Virus record (IMG/VR): IMGVR_UViG_3300006789_000027
Coordinates: 1-57,831 of that record
DNA: 57,831 bases
Direction: 5' to 3' (one strand)
Origin: a virus
Lineage: Duplodnaviria; Caudoviricetes
Part shown: piece by piece, positions 19,003-27,805 of the stretch
How positions within the stretch are numbered: the stretch's first letter is position 1
Layout of the letters: every line of letters starts with the position of its first letter
Made by a program: the position numbers and the translations under genes
Notes under the pieces: model-generated
What the model was told of the DNA's origin: nothing
The model's database searches: none
What the model saw: only the letters and a program-made list of their open reading frames with translations

Positions 19003-19552
19003 TACAACGGTAAATGTCTCCGGCTCTGATGGCACATATGGCATCGACGCCGTTCAAGTAGGAGATCCCGCTTCTTCTGGGGATTACAGGCAAGTTCTTG
19101 TAGTTGGAGATTTCACTAATTCTGGTGTAGATGGGTCTATGGCTACCGTGTCTACTAGTGCTTTGCATGTAGCAACGAAACCAGGAGATTCTTATTTTTC
19201 TGTGTGTTCCATAAATTTCTCGGGAACCGCCGCCCCAGCCTCCCTCGCGTCGGCGGAATTAATGCCAGCCCCTGGAGCTGAGTTAAAATACATTATACAC
19301 GGAGTAACATGTTCCACGAGAGGCTCAGGTGCCAGTTCAGCGGCTACAATCTATTTTCACCAGAGCGCAGCCTTCACTGAACCTTTTTTCTATAGTGCCT
19401 CACATATAGGAAAAATGACAGCAACACATAACGCAATGTTTTCCCATGGAGTTGCAATACCTACAAATACAGCAGTAGGTATTACCCATGAAGAAACTAC
19501 GACTCAAGTCTATATTCTAGCGACAGTATATTACCAAGTGGTTTCTGTATAA
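18995..19552 (+). CDS. Putative virion protein (paralog 3)
   Basis: APGA..Y.IHGV segment resembles APASGKTINVW of the previous gene; similar C-terminal YxVV end. Confidence 0.5.
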   Translation: MSDTTVNVSGSDGTYGIDAVQVGDPASSGDYRQVLVVGDFTNSGVDGSMATVSTSALHVATKPGDSYFSVCSINFSGTAAPASLASAELMPAPGAELKYIIHGVTCSTRGSGASSAATIYFHQSAAFTEPFFYSASHIGKMTATHNAMFSHGVAIPTNTAVGITHEETTTQVYILATVYYQVVSV

Positions 19553-19573
19553 CAAGTTACCTAGATAAAATGT

Positions 19574-20416
19574 ATGAAAAGACTTGCAATTCTTTTAGGA
19601 CTTTTAGTATCTTGCAATTCCCCGCAGGTCATCGTCGAAGACACTATCGAAGAAGTTTCTCTTACTGAGAGATACCAAATAGTAAAAACTATCGAGGATG
19701 CTGTTAATGCTACCGTTCAGGTAGATTTTGGACTTGCAACTGGTACCGGCTTTGTTGTCGGGCATAAAATTGACCCTGTAACCAAATCCTATTATTACGA
19801 AATTCTGTCTGCAGCTCATGTATTTGAAGAGGATATTCCTGTAGATGGATCTCCGGTTCCTCCTGTAAGAGTAGTTTTTTCCATAAACAAAAAGAAAAGT
19901 TTTTCATTGGGTACTCTAGAGAAGATTGATATTGAGGCAGATATAGCCCTAATCAAAGTATATGATTTCATATCGGACAAGCCAAGGTGTCCAATATTTG
20001 AAATTGAAAAAGGTACCGAGTACTTGAATTATCATACAGATGTAGCTATTGTAGGATATCCTCAAGGGATTGGTCCTATTGTTACTAGAGGTCATATTTC
20101 AGGCATTGAGATGTTGGAGTGGGACAAAGAATCTTTTCTTACGACTGCACAATCAGCCCCTGGAACCAGTGGAGGTCCCGTAATTAATTTAAAGACGGGA
20201 CGTATTATAGGAATGTTGAGAGCAGTTTTGGTACTTCGTCCTTCAGGTCAATTGCTTACATGGTGTTCTATTGTAACTCCCGTGTCCCGTATTCAACGAT
20301 TTTTAGGTGAATATTATGTTGAAGATTATCCGTATATTATTAAGCCAGCTGAGGTGTCCCGGGGAGTTTCCTTTCAAGAGAAAGGGAACTTTCTTTTGTT
20401 TTATCCCGACGAATAA
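19574..20416 (+). CDS. Trypsin-like (S1) serine protease with lipoprotein signal
   Basis: LLVSC lipobox; GTGF, SAAHV, DIALI, GYP, PGTSGGP catalytic triad motifs. Confidence 0.85.
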   Translation: MKRLAILLGLLVSCNSPQVIVEDTIEEVSLTERYQIVKTIEDAVNATVQVDFGLATGTGFVVGHKIDPVTKSYYYEILSAAHVFEEDIPVDGSPVPPVRVVFSINKKKSFSLGTLEKIDIEADIALIKVYDFISDKPRCPIFEIEKGTEYLNYHTDVAIVGYPQGIGPIVTRGHISGIEMLEWDKESFLTTAQSAPGTSGGPVINLKTGRIIGMLRAVLVLRPSGQLLTWCSIVTPVSRIQRFLGEYYVEDYPYIIKPAEVSRGVSFQEKGNFLLFYPDE

Positions 20417-20433
20417 AGATATATAATTCGATT

Positions 20434-21477
20434 ATGTTAGCGGAGTATATTTGGCTCGACGGAACAAAAGGATTTCCCCAAATCAGGGGAAAGCTTAGAG
20501 TTTTAAAGGATATTCAGGCAAAAGCTCTTGGGAGTTACGAGACTTCCGATTTTCCTGAGTGGGGATTTGATGGTGGAAGCACTAATCAAGGCACTTTAAG
20601 TGATTCTGACTCCGTTCTTAAGCCCTGCAGAATCTACACTAATCCTTTAATGAGCGAAGGTGTTATTGTGTTATGCTCCGTGTACGAGCCTGATGGAACT
20701 TCTTCTGAGAGCAACACTAGAATAAAATTAGAAACTCTTTCCTCTAAGACCAGAAAGGAAGAACCTATTTTTGGTTTTGAGCAAGAATACACCCTTTTCA
20801 AAGGAAATACTCCCGCTGGCTTTACAGAAGGAGTCCCAGCCCCCCAAGGACCTTATTATTGTGGGGTTGGTACGGGTAAAATAGTTCACAGAGAACTCGC
20901 AGAGACACATTTGCAGAAATGCCTTAAAGCAGGGATAGACCTTCACGGAATAAACGCAGAAGTAATGCCGGGACAATGGGAGTTTCAGACTGCCGCTAAC
21001 TCCCCTCTAAAAGCCTCTGATGATTTATGGGCTGCAAGATATGTCTTAGAGAGATTGGCTGAGGAGAGGGGTTTAAATGTGTCCTATGACCCAAAGCCGA
21101 TGGAGGATTGGAACGGAGCGGGATGTCACGCTAATTTCTCCACTAAAGATATGAGAGAAGGAACCAGTGATGACGAGGGAGGTATTAGTGGATACGAATT
21201 TATTAAGCATGCTATTGAACGCCTAGAGTCTAGGCATATGAAACATATTAAAGTGTACGGGACGGGAATTGCTAAAAGACTTACAGGAGAATGTGAAACC
21301 TCTCCTGTTCATGAATTCACGTGGGGAGTGTCTGATAGAGGAGCAAGTATAAGAGTTCCTGCGCATGTAAAAAAGGAAGGAAAGGGCTATCTTGAAGACC
21401 GAAGACCCTGTGCGAACATAGACCCTTATAAAGTTGCCGCAATTATCCTAGAAACTGTGTTAAAATTCGACAGTTAA
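20434..21477 (+). CDS. glnII: Glutamine synthetase type II
   Basis: AEYIWLDG, WGFDGGST, FGFEQEY, PQGPYYCGVG, NAEVMPGQWEFQ, DWNGAGCH, RGASIRVP, YLEDRRP. Confidence 0.95.
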   Translation: MLAEYIWLDGTKGFPQIRGKLRVLKDIQAKALGSYETSDFPEWGFDGGSTNQGTLSDSDSVLKPCRIYTNPLMSEGVIVLCSVYEPDGTSSESNTRIKLETLSSKTRKEEPIFGFEQEYTLFKGNTPAGFTEGVPAPQGPYYCGVGTGKIVHRELAETHLQKCLKAGIDLHGINAEVMPGQWEFQTAANSPLKASDDLWAARYVLERLAEERGLNVSYDPKPMEDWNGAGCHANFSTKDMREGTSDDEGGISGYEFIKHAIERLESRHMKHIKVYGTGIAKRLTGECETSPVHEFTWGVSDRGASIRVPAHVKKEGKGYLEDRRPCANIDPYKVAAIILETVLKFDS

Positions 21478-21492
21478 GACCTTTAATAGAGT

Positions 21493-21666
21493 GTGAACGA
21501 GCAAAACAACCAAGAGCAGAGATTTCGTGTTGTAATCGATGGAAAGATTGTGAACGAGAACTTCAATTCTATTCAAGAAGCCATGGAGTGGGCTAAGGTC
21601 ATAGTAAAGGAAGATTCTAATATTTCTATAGAAACTTACCTAAAACCTAAACTTTTATTGGACTAA
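21493..21666 (+). CDS. 57-aa hypothetical protein (GTG start; not in ORF track)
   Basis: Hand translation MNEQNNQEQRFRVVIDGK...KPKLLLD; CTTTAAT lies 5 nt upstream. Confidence 0.55.
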   Translation: MNEQNNQEQRFRVVIDGKIVNENFNSIQEAMEWAKVIVKEDSNISIETYLKPKLLLD

Positions 21667-21683
21667 AGGTACTTTAATAGTAT

Positions 21684-22019
21684 ATGACTGACGACCAATC
21701 ATATCACCGAGAAGACCGTTGGAGCAAGTCTTACGGTCCCTCAGGAGAAGAAGAACATTTGGCGGCTGATGAAAAGACTGCAGAGTATCTCAGAGGTATT
21801 CAACGTCACTATGAGAGTAGAGAGGATAAGGATATTGTAAATCATCCGCCTCACTATAACCAAGGTATTGAAACCACAGATTATATTATTTCTAACAACA
21901 TGAATTTTTGCGAAGGTAATATCGTTAAGTATGTCACTAGATATAAGCTTAAAGGTGGAATGGAAGACCTTAAAAAAGCCAAGTGGTACTTGGAAAAACT
22001 AATTAAATCAACCAAATAA
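21684..22019 (+). CDS. DUF3310 / T7 gp1.7-like protein
   Basis: VNHPPHYNQGIE...GNIVKYVTRY..KGG.EDLKKAKWYL. Confidence 0.85.
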   Translation: MTDDQSYHREDRWSKSYGPSGEEEHLAADEKTAEYLRGIQRHYESREDKDIVNHPPHYNQGIETTDYIISNNMNFCEGNIVKYVTRYKLKGGMEDLKKAKWYLEKLIKSTK

Positions 22020-22023
22020 TATT

Positions 22024-22164
22024 ATGAAAGAATTTTTGAAAGAAAACAAATGGAAAGTTGCAATGGCTGTACTGGTCATTTTTGGAGTTGGACGTGCGTG
22101 TGGATGGATTACACCAAATACACAAGATGAAGCAGAGGCTTCATATTATAACAACACAAACTAA
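22024..22164 (+). CDS. 46-aa membrane peptide (not in ORF track)
   Basis: MKEFLKENKWKVAMAVLVIFGVGRACGW...; follows the upstream stop closely. Confidence 0.5.
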   Translation: MKEFLKENKWKVAMAVLVIFGVGRACGWITPNTQDEAEASYYNNTN

Positions 22165-22172
22165 TAGGCTTT

Positions 22173-22224
22173 GGAGATGTGCCAGTGCGCTAGTAAGCAA
22201 TAGTACAAAACATCTCCGTTTTTA
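22173..22224 (+). terminator. Possible terminator hairpin
   Basis: GGAGATGT...ACATCTCC followed by GTTTTT; loop is large. Confidence 0.4.
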
Positions 22225-22232
22225 TCATACCT

Positions 22233-22786
22233 AAAAAAGTCAAAGCAAGGTGCAAAAAAGTCAAAGCAATACCCTGATGAAAGATTTCCTGTCAGCTCTA
22301 AATGTAATTTCTATAGTTGCCATGACAATCACATCTTTTCCTTCGTGGTCCAGTATCATGTTTCTATGGTCTTTCTTTGCCCATATTGTATATGTGATAT
22401 ACTACGAAAAACCCTTAACCTAAAAAAGTCAAAGGACATGTCAAAAAAGTCAAACAATAACCCTCCAATGGAATATCTGTATCTTCTCATCGCAAAAGAA
22501 TTAGGACGCGATGGGACTCCTTCTCATAACGAAAAAATTCTTTCAGTCTATAAAAGTCAAAAGGATGCTGAAGTTATGATAGAGGCTCAAAATGAAAATA
22601 AAAGTAACTGGGGATTCAAAATCAACGAAACTGATAAGTTAGAGATTTTAGAAGTTCCTCGTGAAATTACTTTTGGACTTCAACTTCCGTCTTGGACAGA
22701 AGAAATGAAACGCATGGAAGAAATGCTTTCCGAAATGATGGAAAGTGTTTCTGAAACTGAAAAGCAAAGCGACTAAAAAAGTCAAA
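22233..22786. repeat. Cluster 1 of AAAA(AA)GTCAAA motif (6 copies)
   Basis: Copies at 22233, 22254, 22422, 22443, 22552, 22775; all in the same orientation. Confidence 0.85.
22438..22776 (+). CDS. Hypothetical protein
   Basis: ORF-track frame; start moved to ATG 22438. Confidence 0.55.
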   Translation: MSKKSNNNPPMEYLYLLIAKELGRDGTPSHNEKILSVYKSQKDAEVMIEAQNENKSNWGFKINETDKLEILEVPREITFGLQLPSWTEEMKRMEEMLSEMMESVSETEKQSD

Positions 22787-22814
22787 TCACACACAAAACC
22801 AATTTTATAAAATT

Positions 22815-23054
22815 ATGGAAATGAACGAACAAATTAGAGAACACCTTATGGATACTCTTAAAGCATATAAAGGAAGCATTGATGGCGTTGAGGATTTTAT
22901 CAAAAATCATTCTCAACAACTTGAAAATGCTAAGACTCATAAAAAAACTGTAGAATCCAAGATTGCTGACCTACAAGAACTTTTGGGTGTATCCGATGAG
23001 GATATGAAAACTGAAAATTCTGAGGACACAACGCCTGAAATGAAACTTGTTTAG
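22815..23054 (+). CDS. Small coiled-coil hypothetical protein
   Basis: 79-aa ORF after an A-rich leader. Confidence 0.6.
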   Translation: MEMNEQIREHLMDTLKAYKGSIDGVEDFIKNHSQQLENAKTHKKTVESKIADLQELLGVSDEDMKTENSEDTTPEMKLV

Positions 23055-23138
23055 GGGAGCCGGAAAGCCTGCCATTTTGGCAGTCGTATCTTGTGAAAAA
23101 ACCCCCACTAAACCAAAACTACTTTAGTTTTAGAAGCC

Positions 23139-23171
23139 GAAGGAATCCTAATAATATTTTAGGATTCCTTC
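23139..23171. terminator. Inverted repeat / terminator-like hairpin
   Basis: GAAGGAATCCTAA...TTAGGATTCCTTC perfect stem. Confidence 0.6.
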
Positions 23172-23416
23172 ACTCTTTTCCCATTAGCACAAAAAGAACA
23201 AAAAATCTTAGGAAAATATTAAAACATCGTAATGCTTACTTTCCTTACACTATTAAAGGGTAAGCACTTAAGGTTCTAAACATAATTCTTTTAGGTATAG
23301 GGCGAGACGAGGGCGAGTAGTCATAAACCCTTTATCTATAAGATAATAGCAAAAATATCTGCGAAATAAATACGAGAAAGTTTGATATTTTTTTTACTTT
23401 TGCCCTTTAATATACT

Positions 23417-23525
23417 GTAGGGAAAGGGAGGTTCGCCTTTGATTCACTCCTAAGTGGAGTTAGAGAAGGAAAGAATCTAACCTGATTTTCTAACCATAAT
23501 AAAAAAGGAACGCCCTGACCCTACA
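23417..23525 (+). ncRNA. Candidate structured RNA or 5' leader
   Basis: Ends pair (GTAGGG/CCCTAC, AGGG/CCCT, GTTC/GAAC, CCTTT/AAAGG) around two internal hairpins; starts 5 nt after CTTTAAT. Confidence 0.5.
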
Positions 23526-23553
23526 TTCACAAAAATCTTAAACAATAAAAAAA

Positions 23554-23835
23554 ATGGCTAAAACACCAATTTACTCTAAGTCTTTCCGATACCGCTCTAA
23601 CGGTTCTGAAAGCAATCGTCAAGTTCTTGTAACCGCACAAAACCAAAACACCCTGAAAGGGTTTGATATTACGGGAATGTCTCCTGCCAAGATTACTGAA
23701 ATTCAGTCTACTTGGAATCGTTATGCAAGTCGCAGTATGCCTTTAACCAAGAAAGAGTCTGCTGTGTTGAATCGAGTTTCTGCTCCATTCAAGTCTTTCA
23801 AGACGAGTCGGATTCGCTATTTCCACAACAACTAG
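23554..23835 (+). CDS. Small basic WYL-like (SH3/Sm-type fold) protein
   Basis: F.Y....S.R.V......L.GFD......FKSFK.SRI pattern. Confidence 0.45.
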   Translation: MAKTPIYSKSFRYRSNGSESNRQVLVTAQNQNTLKGFDITGMSPAKITEIQSTWNRYASRSMPLTKKESAVLNRVSAPFKSFKTSRIRYFHNN

Positions 23836-23851
23836 GATATAGTAATTTTGT

Positions 23852-23891
23852 AAATGCCTCCTAGATTCTTTCTGGGGGGCATTATTTTTTT
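23852..23891 (+). terminator. Rho-independent terminator
   Basis: AATGCCTCCTAGA...TCTGGGGGGCATT followed by a T-run. Confidence 0.7.
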
Positions 23892-23905
23892 GGTATTTTT
23901 CCAAG

Positions 23906-23940
23906 TTTATACTTGATATATTTTCATATTATGGTATAAT
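23906..23940 (+). promoter_or_regulatory. sigma70-type promoter (copy 1 of a 35-bp duplicate)
   Basis: TTGATA-16-TATAAT with TG extension; 34/35 identical to 26086-26120. Confidence 0.75.
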
Positions 23941-23998
23941 GGTAGCACCTAGAAAGGGAAAACCCCTCTCATAAACTCGTTTCATAAACAAAACAAAA

Positions 23999-24829
23999 AT
24001 GGCTTCTAACTTCGTAATTGACCCCGTAAAGAAAAAGATTCTTACGGAACTCGTAAACTCTGGCAAAAATACTCTTTTGACTGGAGGAACTGGATGTGGA
24101 AAAACAACTTTGGCAATCGAGATTGCTAAGGAACTTGGACTAAAACCAGTAGTTATCAACTGTGGCTCTACTCAAGATGCCCGTTCTTCTCTTTTGGGAT
24201 ACTTCACATTGAAAGACGGCGATACTGTTTTTCAAGAAGCGGATTTCCTGAAAGCAATTCAAGAAGAGAATACGCTTATCATCTTGGATGAATTGTCCCG
24301 TGCTTCTGATGATGCGTATAACATTATCTTTCCAATTTTGGATTTCCGCCAAGAAGTTCGTGTGGATGAAAAAGATGATGAGCGTATTGTTCAAGTAGCG
24401 GATAATGTAAAGTTCTTGGCTACGGCTAACATTGGAATTGAATATTCTTCTGCTCGTAGTATTGACCGTGCTTTACAAGACCGTTTTCTAACCTTCAACA
24501 TTCCTTATATCAAAGGAAATAAATTGAAAACCTATGTGAAAAAGCAATTTGATTCTGAGACTGCCGAGGCTTCAACAGAACTTTTCAAGTTATATGATTA
24601 CTCACATAAAATGTTTGACGAGTCAAAACTTTCTGCTCGCCTCTCAACGAGAATGATTTTGGATGTAGTGCCTTTAGTATCGAAATTTACTATTGGAGAA
24701 ATTCTCGACCATGTTATTCTTTCCATCTTCAAGCAAGATAGTTCTTCTATTATCACAGACGCAAATGTGTTACGGGAGTATGCTGATTCTCTTGGAGTTT
24801 ACAAAAAAACTAAAACTGCTACGGCTTAG
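23999..24829 (+). CDS. MoxR/CobS-like AAA+ ATPase
   Basis: LLTGGTGCGKT, LIILDELSRA, ATANIG.EY...IDRALQDRF, STR. Confidence 0.85.
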   Translation: MASNFVIDPVKKKILTELVNSGKNTLLTGGTGCGKTTLAIEIAKELGLKPVVINCGSTQDARSSLLGYFTLKDGDTVFQEADFLKAIQEENTLIILDELSRASDDAYNIIFPILDFRQEVRVDEKDDERIVQVADNVKFLATANIGIEYSSARSIDRALQDRFLTFNIPYIKGNKLKTYVKKQFDSETAEASTELFKLYDYSHKMFDESKLSARLSTRMILDVVPLVSKFTIGEILDHVILSIFKQDSSSIITDANVLREYADSLGVYKKTKTATA

Positions 24830-24831
24830 TA

Positions 24832-26061
24832 ATGGAAGATAACATTTTTGACGGCATCGAAGAAGTAGATGCTGAGTTTATGGAAAGGTGGCTTGGAGGG
24901 GCAAAGATTAACTCTTTGTCCCCCAAGACACTTTACGATATACAAATGCTTATTAAGCATTATTCCGATATCATTGTTCCAGACAAAAAACTTTCGGTTG
25001 AATTTCCAACTGAACAAGATGGATGTGCTAGAGCAAGTGTGGCAAACGGACAAGTTATCATTCCTACAAATCTTTTACAAGAAGGGCGTGTAGATGAAAC
25101 TATTGGATGTATGATTCACGAACTTCACCACATTAAACTTTCAGACTCTGAAAAGGATATCTGGCTAAAATGTTTTGTGTTTGTGTGTAAGGCATTAGAT
25201 TCGTTATTTATTGAAACTGAAAAAGGATATTACACTTCTCTAAAAGATGTAGTCCTTTCAGATTCCAGTTTATCTTTTGCGGATATCATGTCGGATAATC
25301 CACAAAATCCAAATGCTGATTTCTTGCGTCAGGCTTGTGATGATGTTGCGTTTCTTCTAAATGCTGTGGAGGATATTCGTATTGACGAGAAAACACCTCC
25401 CAACTTGAAAAAATACTTAGACAAGCAAACGGATAGAATCGGAAAAGAGTTTAAGGAAAAATACGATGAAGGAGATTTAGATGAAAATAATTTGATGAAC
25501 ATAGTTTTCAGATTATTATTTCATCATAAAGATGTAATTCACGATGATTTTATAGATTCTCGTTTTGGGGATAAAGAGTTTATTGTAAATTCTTCTCCTT
25601 CGGAATATACCCCTGTGGTATTTGACGCTTTCAAGAATGAATTGAGAAATCACATTGAAAATCTTTATCAGGACTCTAACAATACGGTTGGTAATTCTGA
25701 AAAGCAAGATGAACAAGGTATAGACATAATGGATATGTATCTTGGTGATGATATAAAAGAAAGCATTGAAGAACAACTTAAAGAACATTCGCAGGGAGAT
25801 AAGAATAAAGCATTTTCTTCATGCGGAGAAATTGAGTTTGATGATAAAGAATTGGGGGACGGACTTGTTAAATTCAGTCAAAACTCTAAAAAGGTTTCTG
25901 AGGAAATGATAAAGGTAATGAAAACAAAACCTCCTATCTTGCCAATACAAACCATTCTTGAAATAGACTCTTACGCCCGTATCAAAATTCACCAGACAAC
26001 TGAGTGTTTTGATGGCAAAAATGTAAATTACGCCTGTGTAGTTTACGATGACACAAAATAA
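24832..26061 (+). CDS. HEXXH metalloprotease-like (CobT N-terminal-like) protein
   Basis: HELHHI and LLNAVEDIRID motifs; adjacent to the MoxR-type ATPase. Confidence 0.7.
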   Translation: MEDNIFDGIEEVDAEFMERWLGGAKINSLSPKTLYDIQMLIKHYSDIIVPDKKLSVEFPTEQDGCARASVANGQVIIPTNLLQEGRVDETIGCMIHELHHIKLSDSEKDIWLKCFVFVCKALDSLFIETEKGYYTSLKDVVLSDSSLSFADIMSDNPQNPNADFLRQACDDVAFLLNAVEDIRIDEKTPPNLKKYLDKQTDRIGKEFKEKYDEGDLDENNLMNIVFRLLFHHKDVIHDDFIDSRFGDKEFIVNSSPSEYTPVVFDAFKNELRNHIENLYQDSNNTVGNSEKQDEQGIDIMDMYLGDDIKESIEEQLKEHSQGDKNKAFSSCGEIEFDDKELGDGLVKFSQNSKKVSEEMIKVMKTKPPILPIQTILEIDSYARIKIHQTTECFDGKNVNYACVVYDDTK

Positions 26062-26085
26062 AAAATAAATACCAAGATTTCCTAT

Positions 26086-26120
26086 TTTATACTTGATATA
26101 TTTTCATATTCTGGTATAAT
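26086..26120 (+). promoter_or_regulatory. sigma70-type promoter (copy 2)
   Basis: TTTATACTTGATATATTTTCATATTCTGGTATAAT. Confidence 0.75.
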
Positions 26121-26159
26121 ATAGGAGTCTTAAACCCAGAAACCCGTTTAACAACACCA

Positions 26160-26888
26160 ATGGCTACACAAAAAACTTTACAATACTATGAAATGAAACA
26201 TCCCCTAAAGGATGCGAAAATTCTTAGTCCAACTGCTCTTTCTCAAATTCCTAATTCTGATGTTGATGATTATGAGGTTGAACATGAGAAATATATTGTT
26301 CCTGCCTTCGACCATGATACTACTATTCTATCTGAACGCAAAAGCGAAGTTTTAGATTCTTTGAGAACCCTTTACGGTTCCCAAAGTAAAGAATACAAGT
26401 ATATGGAAAGGTCTTTTAGGAAAGGAGATGATAAGATTACCAACCATTATAACAAAAATGTTCCCCCGTCTTTACTAAGAAGAAAAATATCTGAGGCTCG
26501 TCAATTAGCAGAAGGAAATGGAGGATACAAGAAAGCATCTTCTGGAGTAGATTCTGATTCTATGGAGGATATTGACTCCGCAATCAAATTCTTAATTTCT
26601 GAAGGGTATGAATACGGAAAAGATTTTTCTTCTCATAACTCTGTTTCAATCGCAAATGCTCTTATTCCAGAGATTGCCGAAGAATACATTTTGGGGAAGA
26701 AAGAAATTGACGGAATGAAAATTCCTTCTGTGGATAATGACGGAGAGTGGACATATGATAGTGATATTTACTCATGTTCAGACATTCTCCTTTCTAATGA
26801 CTACAACCATGAACAAGTAAGATTGTCTTTCTTTATCGAAGAGGGGGAAATCAAAGTAATTCAAAACTGTGTCGGGGAAGATAACTAA
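26160..26888 (+). CDS. Hypothetical protein
   Basis: 242-aa ORF behind the duplicated promoter. Confidence 0.7.
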   Translation: MATQKTLQYYEMKHPLKDAKILSPTALSQIPNSDVDDYEVEHEKYIVPAFDHDTTILSERKSEVLDSLRTLYGSQSKEYKYMERSFRKGDDKITNHYNKNVPPSLLRRKISEARQLAEGNGGYKKASSGVDSDSMEDIDSAIKFLISEGYEYGKDFSSHNSVSIANALIPEIAEEYILGKKEIDGMKIPSVDNDGEWTYDSDIYSCSDILLSNDYNHEQVRLSFFIEEGEIKVIQNCVGEDN

Positions 26889-26890
26889 TT

Positions 26891-27799
26891 ATGCCGAGAA
26901 AGATAGAAAACGCCACTTTCTCATCAGAGTTTATGTTTGAAGAGAAAGTGTCTCCTGACCTTAAAAGATTCAGAGATGTTTTGTTTTCTAGGTTTTCTAG
27001 GCAAATCGGTTTGCTTTTAGAATCTAAACGACCTAGAAAACAAAATTCCACTAAAGGAAGATTGAATACTAGAATTGCGTATAGACACCCGTTTAGCGAT
27101 AATATCTTTTCTAAGTATGAGCATATTCCTTCTTCGGATACTACAATCGTAATGCTTATTGACGGTTCAGGAAGTATGAGCAGTAGAGATAGTTCTCGTT
27201 TCAGTAGAATCGACACTTGTAATGCTGTTTGTAGTGCCTTCGCAAAATCAGTAAAAAATGTTCTAAAGGATGAACTCAAAGTAGAAATTTTTGTAAAATC
27301 TGCTCCTGCGATAGAATCTGAGTCTTTAGGGGTAGCAGGTCAATTCCCAACACTAACAAGAATTTTCACTAATACAACCCCAAAGACTAATTCTGATTTT
27401 GATAAACTACTAGGACTAAACACATATTCTCCTATTACTGTTGATGGAGATGGCGTAGGAAGTTATACGGCAGAATATAGTGTTCTACCTGCTCTTATGG
27501 ATTGGGCAGAAAATAACATCACCACTAAAAATATGATTGTGTTCAACCTTACTGATGGTGGAACTTATATTAACTTAGGAACAAATCATTTTCGTTTTGG
27601 TAACTCAGATACTGGTCTGATGAAATCGAAATATCTTAGAGGTGTCCCTAATCTCTCACTTTGCTTAGGTAATGATGTAGCCAGAAAGGAATTAACCAGT
27701 ATGTATGGCAAGGATGTAATCTTCTCTGATGGAGAAGGAGATTTTGTTCCTGCCATGTTCAAGACCCTAACTCGATTCGTGGATGAAAGCGTCCAATAA
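26891..27799 (+). CDS. VWA-domain (CobT C-terminal-like) protein
   Basis: GRLN..IF preceding LIDGSGSMS (MIDAS) and LTDG. Confidence 0.8.
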   Translation: MPRKIENATFSSEFMFEEKVSPDLKRFRDVLFSRFSRQIGLLLESKRPRKQNSTKGRLNTRIAYRHPFSDNIFSKYEHIPSSDTTIVMLIDGSGSMSSRDSSRFSRIDTCNAVCSAFAKSVKNVLKDELKVEIFVKSAPAIESESLGVAGQFPTLTRIFTNTTPKTNSDFDKLLGLNTYSPITVDGDGVGSYTAEYSVLPALMDWAENNITTKNMIVFNLTDGGTYINLGTNHFRFGNSDTGLMKSKYLRGVPNLSLCLGNDVARKELTSMYGKDVIFSDGEGDFVPAMFKTLTRFVDESVQ

Positions 27800-27805
27800 A
27801 TAAAA

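Noticed and set aside
1107-21000. Many short minus-strand ORFs opposite enzyme genes
   Set aside because: Fully nested antisense to well-supported genes, with no motifs.
22233-22786. AAAAAGTCAAA copies as minus-strand promoters (TTGACT)
   Set aside because: No -10-like hexamer 16-18 bp downstream in the copies checked.
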